From the IMG/VR virus record IMGVR_UViG_3300020201_000080, positions 1-29,790 of that record: a stretch of 29,790 nucleotides of DNA. One strand, 5' to 3'. This document shows, piece after piece, positions 25,459-29,790 of this stretch. Under the pieces are notes generated by a model. That model was not told where the DNA came from. It saw only the letters and a list, made by a program, of their open reading frames with translations, and did no database searches. Every line of letters starts with the position of its first letter. Position 1 is the stretch's first letter. The stretch is from a virus (lineage: Duplodnaviria > Caudoviricetes). Position numbers and translations under genes: made by a program.

Positions 25459-26118
25459 TTGATCGGATATGTAGAACTCAGTGAAGCCGATGCATTTCTT
25501 GAGTACCAAGTCGGTGCTGAAGAATGGAACGACCTAAACCGCTATTCGAAGAAGACAGGTACAATTTCTTCGGATGGCGTAACGGACGTTTTACTCGGTG
25601 TCGGAACAACCTTCATTGAAGATCTACAGGCAAATGAAGGAATCCTTATTGATGGAGAGGCATTACGTGTCCTTTCCATTGATTCGGATACTCAAGCAAA
25701 ACTTGAAGTGAAAAAGGAAATCCCATCAGGAACAGAGTTGGTCGTTCTTACTGAATCAGAAACTAACTCTTTAATTGATCTGGTTCGAAGAAAAAAAGTC
25801 GGACTAATGTCTGCTTTTAGAGAGATCAAAAATAATCCCAAATTTGAAATTCCAGATTCGCCATCTGAAGATGAACTTGAGGCACTCAAGAATGCTCAGT
25901 GTGTAAGAGCTTTGGAAATCTTTACAGATCCAACTAATCAGACTTCACTTAACCATGCGAGCAATGTGAGTAGCTATAAAGCTGGTGATTTTGCAGTAAC
26001 ATATAAAAAGAATGAGAGATTCAATTTTTCAGATTCCGTTTTATTTTATTTAGAACAATTTCGTAAAGGTTTTGAAATCGTTCAGACTTTTAGGTCTGGA
26101 CCAAAGTGGGCAGAGTAA
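25459..26118 (+). CDS. head-tail adaptor/connector protein with inserted beta-rich domain
   Basis: YVELSEADAFL...W, LKNAQCVRAL, VSSYKAGDFAVTY; position after capsid. Confidence 0.7.
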   Translation: MIGYVELSEADAFLEYQVGAEEWNDLNRYSKKTGTISSDGVTDVLLGVGTTFIEDLQANEGILIDGEALRVLSIDSDTQAKLEVKKEIPSGTELVVLTESETNSLIDLVRRKKVGLMSAFREIKNNPKFEIPDSPSEDELEALKNAQCVRALEIFTDPTNQTSLNHASNVSSYKAGDFAVTYKKNERFNFSDSVLFYLEQFRKGFEIVQTFRSGPKWAE

Positions 26119-27129
26119 ATGGCGACAGCGATTCAAGTCTCTGAATTACTCAGAAAAGTTCCTGCAGCACAAAGAATGGAACTCGCACGGCTTCTTCGTA
26201 GAACAGTAGATTTATATGATTTTTCAGATAAAAATTTACTCAGAATAAGAGCCCTTCTTGAAGATATAAAAAATATTCAAGAAACAATACTATTCTCAAT
26301 CGTTATAAATGCTTATGTAGAGTCCTTCGATAAGGTAACTAAACCAGGAAAAGCGATTACTCTCCTAAAGACTCCTTCTATCGATTTGGCTGCTGCTAAG
26401 CAATTAGCATTCGATACATTAAGAGATCTGAATCATGGTTTCAAACAAGGCGAAACTTATATTAGATCTATTTTCAAAACTGCAAAACAGGACATCCTTT
26501 CGGAGACAAAAATATCCGAGATAGTTTTGAATGATATTATGTCTGAAGGGACATTTAAAAAAGCAAGCAAGTCTCTCGGTTATGAGATGCAGCTCCTTGG
26601 ATCAACTAACAATACTACGATTAGACAACTTTCAGAAAAAGAACTTCGGTCTAGATTTAATTCTTACAAAAAGAAACTAGCTCAATCAAAAGAACTTCCA
26701 GCAGGTTTGCGAAAGTATGCGCTTGGCAAAGCGGAAGAGAAACTCAGAGATGGAAAGTTTGTTACGATCATTGATAAGAATGGAAAACCAAGAACTTATA
26801 GTTTAGATTATTACACCGATATGGTGGCTCAATCAAGATTCGCTGATGCCCAAGTCGAAGGGACCATTGCAGCAGGAGAAAAATTAGGCGCACATTTATT
26901 CTTAGTAACGTTTCATAATACTGAGACACCTAAGTGTCAACAATACGAAGACAAATATCTTTCTTCAGATGAAAAACTTATCGGAAAATATTTTGAAGGT
27001 AGGGAGATCCTACGATTAACCGAAGACTCAAAGCCGATCTATCACGTTAATTGCAAGCATAGGTTACTGGTAGTTCCTATCACAAGTGATGAATATAATT
27101 CTATAGTAGGTGAAAGAAATGCTGCATAG
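26119..27129 (+). CDS. minor capsid / head morphogenesis protein
   Basis: IDKNGKPRTYSLDYYTDMV, H....C..YE.K, HVNCKHRL. Confidence 0.75.
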   Translation: MATAIQVSELLRKVPAAQRMELARLLRRTVDLYDFSDKNLLRIRALLEDIKNIQETILFSIVINAYVESFDKVTKPGKAITLLKTPSIDLAAAKQLAFDTLRDLNHGFKQGETYIRSIFKTAKQDILSETKISEIVLNDIMSEGTFKKASKSLGYEMQLLGSTNNTTIRQLSEKELRSRFNSYKKKLAQSKELPAGLRKYALGKAEEKLRDGKFVTIIDKNGKPRTYSLDYYTDMVAQSRFADAQVEGTIAAGEKLGAHLFLVTFHNTETPKCQQYEDKYLSSDEKLIGKYFEGREILRLTEDSKPIYHVNCKHRLLVVPITSDEYNSIVGERNAA

Positions 27130-27397
27130 AATTAGAGAAATACTTAACGAAGATGGATCCATTCAGTCTTCCGATAGATCAAAAATTTCATATAACAGAA
27201 TGCAGACTTCTTCCAAGGTTAAGCAAAATGGACAAGGGAACCAAGTCTTTGCAAAGTATAAGTTTTTCTTTAGAGCAAAAGTTGACTTAAAAGAAACAGA
27301 TAAAATTGAATTTTTGGGAAAAAAATATTCAATCATGGAGTTTTATCCAGTGATGAATGATCGAAACCAAGTTGATCATATCGAGGTTTGGGTATGA
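27119..27397 (+). CDS. putative head closure protein
   Basis: About 92 aa, beta-rich, DKIEFLGKKYSI...HIEVWV; ATG 27119 after AGGTG. Confidence 0.65.
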   Translation: MLHRIREILNEDGSIQSSDRSKISYNRMQTSSKVKQNGQGNQVFAKYKFFFRAKVDLKETDKIEFLGKKYSIMEFYPVMNDRNQVDHIEVWV

Positions 27398-27918
27398 GCC
27401 TAGAGTTTAAAATAAACGATCAATTTTTTAAATCTTCTCTGTTGAAATTTGCTACTGCGGAAGAAAAGGTCATTCGTGAATCACTAGAAAAAGTCGGATA
27501 TCGTATTGTAAAAGATGCGGTTACTCTTGCTCCTAAAGCTCCTATTTTAGACGGCTTTCTGACTGGCGCCTTTACGGTAGCTGTTACAGACAGAGACACT
27601 ATTTATCCAGCCATTAATGGCAAAGCATACCCAAAAGCTGGTGATACTGGAGAGAATTCGAAGGTCACTCTTAAAGCTGAAGAGATCGGAGAAGTCGATC
27701 TCACTGGCATGAAGAAGTTTGAATTGAGAGTCGGAAACTCAATGATTTATGCTGCCAGATGGCACGAAAATCCTTTTACTCCAGGTCCATGGTCAGAGCG
27801 AAGAGGCAACGTTGGTTATAAGTTCATATCTATAAAGTTATACGGATACGGTGATCAATATTTGAAATTGCTCGCTGGTTTTATAAAAGATGCCATGAAT
27901 GGGAGGTTGTTTACATGA
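27394..27918 (+). CDS. HK97 gp10-like tail completion protein
   Basis: APILDGFL, VGNSMIYAARWHE, GYKFI. Confidence 0.72.
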   Translation: MSLEFKINDQFFKSSLLKFATAEEKVIRESLEKVGYRIVKDAVTLAPKAPILDGFLTGAFTVAVTDRDTIYPAINGKAYPKAGDTGENSKVTLKAEEIGEVDLTGMKKFELRVGNSMIYAARWHENPFTPGPWSERRGNVGYKFISIKLYGYGDQYLKLLAGFIKDAMNGRLFT

Positions 27919-28337
27919 TCTTCCTCCATGAGTATTTTTATTCTCATTTGAAAACTACATTTCAGGAAAACGAAGATATGAATTTCATCATGTATCCCGT
28001 GAAAGGGAACGTAGAAAAATTCATTATGATCATGCCCATTCAAGGTAAGAGATCAAAGTATTACACTGATTCGGCTATCAATTTATCGATTGTGATTCAA
28101 GATACAAATGATCGCAAAGGTTTAGAAAATGCGATGTTGATTTATGATCTGTATCGTGATCAAACAAACAAAACAATTCCCTTAGATCCAGGATACAAAG
28201 CCGAGATCACAGAGGGTCGTTCTATTATTGCTAACTTCATTCAGGCGGTGGATCATCCCGTTACGCTTGGTGACCAAGGCAATGGTAGATATCAATATAG
28301 TTTGAATTTTTTAATTCAATTAAAGGAGACGACATGA
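27915..28337 (+). CDS. putative tail terminator / minor structural protein
   Basis: 140 aa before tail tube; PVTLGDQGNGRYQYSLNF. Confidence 0.68.
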   Translation: MIFLHEYFYSHLKTTFQENEDMNFIMYPVKGNVEKFIMIMPIQGKRSKYYTDSAINLSIVIQDTNDRKGLENAMLIYDLYRDQTNKTIPLDPGYKAEITEGRSIIANFIQAVDHPVTLGDQGNGRYQYSLNFLIQLKETT

Positions 28338-29191
28338 AAATCGTTAAAAGTAAAAACGGGTACACAGTTTACGGACGAGAAGGTGGTTTAATTCGTCCAG
28401 CTGTTGTTATCGCAAGGCCAGAACAACAAGCTGTTTTGACTGGAACAGTTACAGTTGGAACTGCTGGAACACCCGACGTAAAATCAAAAAACCTCATTGG
28501 TTCAGGAACAAATTTCCAAACAGCTCTTGCGGTAGGCGATTATATCGAATTTGATTTAGCGACACCAGTTGTAGCAATGATCAAAACGATTACGACCGAT
28601 ACAGCAGCAGTGCTAGGTGACCCAAAGAATCCAGGAGAAGACTTACTTCTATACATTCCACTTGGAACTAGCTATAGGAAATTTACCTCTCTATGGGTAG
28701 GAAAAACTGCACCAGCTGGAATCGAAATCACAGCAGAAGAATCAACTGCTGAAACTAAATCATCTGATGGCGGAGAAAAAGCAGAGAACGCTTATTCATC
28801 TGCCGTGAAGCCAATGATTAAGTTTGAGTTAATGGAAGCATCAATCGAAACATTGAGCGTTCTTTTGCCAGGGATTGTAAATTTTACTCGAGATGTTAAC
28901 GGTAAAATTGTCGCTTCCTCTTTTGGCCCAAGAAACGGATACGATTTCAAAAAAAATGCCATTCGAATTGCAGTTATTGAATACGATGGCGATTCAGTTT
29001 CCACCTCTGGAGAAGATAGAACTGACTTTTTTAAAGTAGGTTTTAAAGGAGCTTTTAACCTTAAGAAAAATTCTACAGATCAAACTGGAATTGCATTAGA
29101 AGGTTACCTATTTGAAGACGATACCAAAATGAAAAATGGTAAAGCACAATTCTGGGCAACTAACGAATCAGAAATGGTTTGGGACGAATAA
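28334..29191 (+). CDS. tail tube (major tail) protein
   Basis: VGKT..GIEI, IKFELMEASIETL; beta-rich; follows the terminator gene. Confidence 0.75.
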   Translation: MKIVKSKNGYTVYGREGGLIRPAVVIARPEQQAVLTGTVTVGTAGTPDVKSKNLIGSGTNFQTALAVGDYIEFDLATPVVAMIKTITTDTAAVLGDPKNPGEDLLLYIPLGTSYRKFTSLWVGKTAPAGIEITAEESTAETKSSDGGEKAENAYSSAVKPMIKFELMEASIETLSVLLPGIVNFTRDVNGKIVASSFGPRNGYDFKKNAIRIAVIEYDGDSVSTSGEDRTDFFKVGFKGAFNLKKNSTDQTGIALEGYLFEDDTKMKNGKAQFWATNESEMVWDE

Positions 29192-29199
29192 GGAGAAAA

Positions 29200-29400
29200 A
29201 TGATGTCTGAAGAAAACAAAAATGTTCCTCAAGAGCAAGTGGTGAAAAAGAAAGTTTCAATTCCTAGTTGGGCAATTCGCAAAATCAGCGAAAAGGAGTA
29301 TAAAGTTTTTGTGTTGCGTGGGAATCAGAAATGTTTCCTCGCAACAGCTGATACCCAATCAAAAGCTGAGACTCTTTATTGGAGTGACAGCAATAAATGA
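29200..29400 (+). CDS. small hypothetical protein
   Basis: SD AAGGAG then ATGATG at 29200/29203. Confidence 0.6.
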   Translation: MMSEENKNVPQEQVVKKKVSIPSWAIRKISEKEYKVFVLRGNQKCFLATADTQSKAETLYWSDSNK

Positions 29401-29790
29401 TTTTTCTTGCGAATGCATACGAAGTAGAAATTTGGGAGGGTGGGAAAAAATCCCACTCTCTTAAAATCAATGATGCAACCTCAACCTTTCGTGCCATAAA
29501 ATTGGATGAGTTGGAAGATGAAGTTATTTCCATCGTTGAAAAGATTGCAAAAATTCAACCTCAAGTTTCTGAGATTATTAAGAATAATAGTCAGACATTG
29601 ATTCAGGATCTTCCTAAAGAAGATCAAGATATGTTAGTCGAATTAGAAAGACTTCAGAAAGAGATGAAGAAACTCAATGCAGAATTTATCAGAATTCTGG
29701 TACACGAATGGGATAAGAAAATAGAACTTATCGATTCTGTCGGAAGTAATTCACTAAGATATTTCATTGCAGCGATACGAAGAGCCGCAT
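29397..29790 (+). CDS. probable tail assembly chaperone (3' truncated by window end)
   Basis: ATG 29397 (ATGA overlap, SD GGAG): MIFLANAYEVEIWEGGKKSHSLKIND...AAIRRAA, open to the window end; typical position after tail tube. Confidence 0.6.
   Translation, partial: MIFLANAYEVEIWEGGKKSHSLKINDATSTFRAIKLDELEDEVISIVEKIAKIQPQVSEIIKNNSQTLIQDLPKEDQDMLVELERLQKEMKKLNAEFIRILVHEWDKKIELIDSVGSNSLRYFIAAIRRAA

Larger units (their letters stand above)
1..29790 (+). mobile_element. Prophage / tailed phage genome segment (siphovirus-like; early, packaging, head and start of tail modules)
   Basis: TerL, portal, scaffold, P22-like coat, head-tail and tail-tube genes plus antirepressor and recombination genes, all on one strand. 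No host housekeeping genes. No sheath gene before the tube. No att site or integrase in the window. Confidence 0.95.

Noticed and set aside
29438-29450. GGGAAAA as the tail-chaperone -1 frameshift site
   Set aside because: Wrong phase (GGG AAA AAA) and near the N-terminus. The real site, if any, would lie beyond the window end.
2729-29533. Numerous minus-strand and alternate-frame ORFs in the track (e.g. 5824-6144, 13625-14041, 24002-24358, 29285-29533)
   Set aside because: They overlap well-supported + strand genes and show the Ser/Phe/Leu-rich composition expected of shadow frames, with no recognisable motifs.

Overview
The whole window is a co-oriented (+ strand), densely packed segment of a tailed dsDNA phage or prophage. 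It is AT-rich, with many ATGA/TTGA stop-start overlaps. A Leptospira-like host is my impression from sequence style and is not verified. Gene order: possible toxin-antitoxin pair; KilA-N/KilAC antirepressor; putative annealase plus SbcD/SbcC recombination module; HTH replication-type protein; VRR-NUC nuclease; small DNA methyltransferase; an accessory array (Zn-binding microproteins, ASCH, DUF5131, YopX); a DUF6908/DUF488/MTase-GNAT-like/ParB cassette; two different small-terminase-like genes; TerL; portal; scaffold; P22-coat-like major capsid; head-tail genes; tail tube; and a truncated probable tail chaperone. The most notable observations are: (1) two unrelated TerS-type proteins share the same C-terminal 27-aa motif and lie next to a putative DNA-modification cassette; (2) a repeated CGC-loop-GCGA hairpin/mini-pseudoknot motif precedes both the portal and scaffold genes; (3) a tRNA-like structured intergenic element lies in the early operon. 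Family assignments come from motif recognition by eye, not from database searches.
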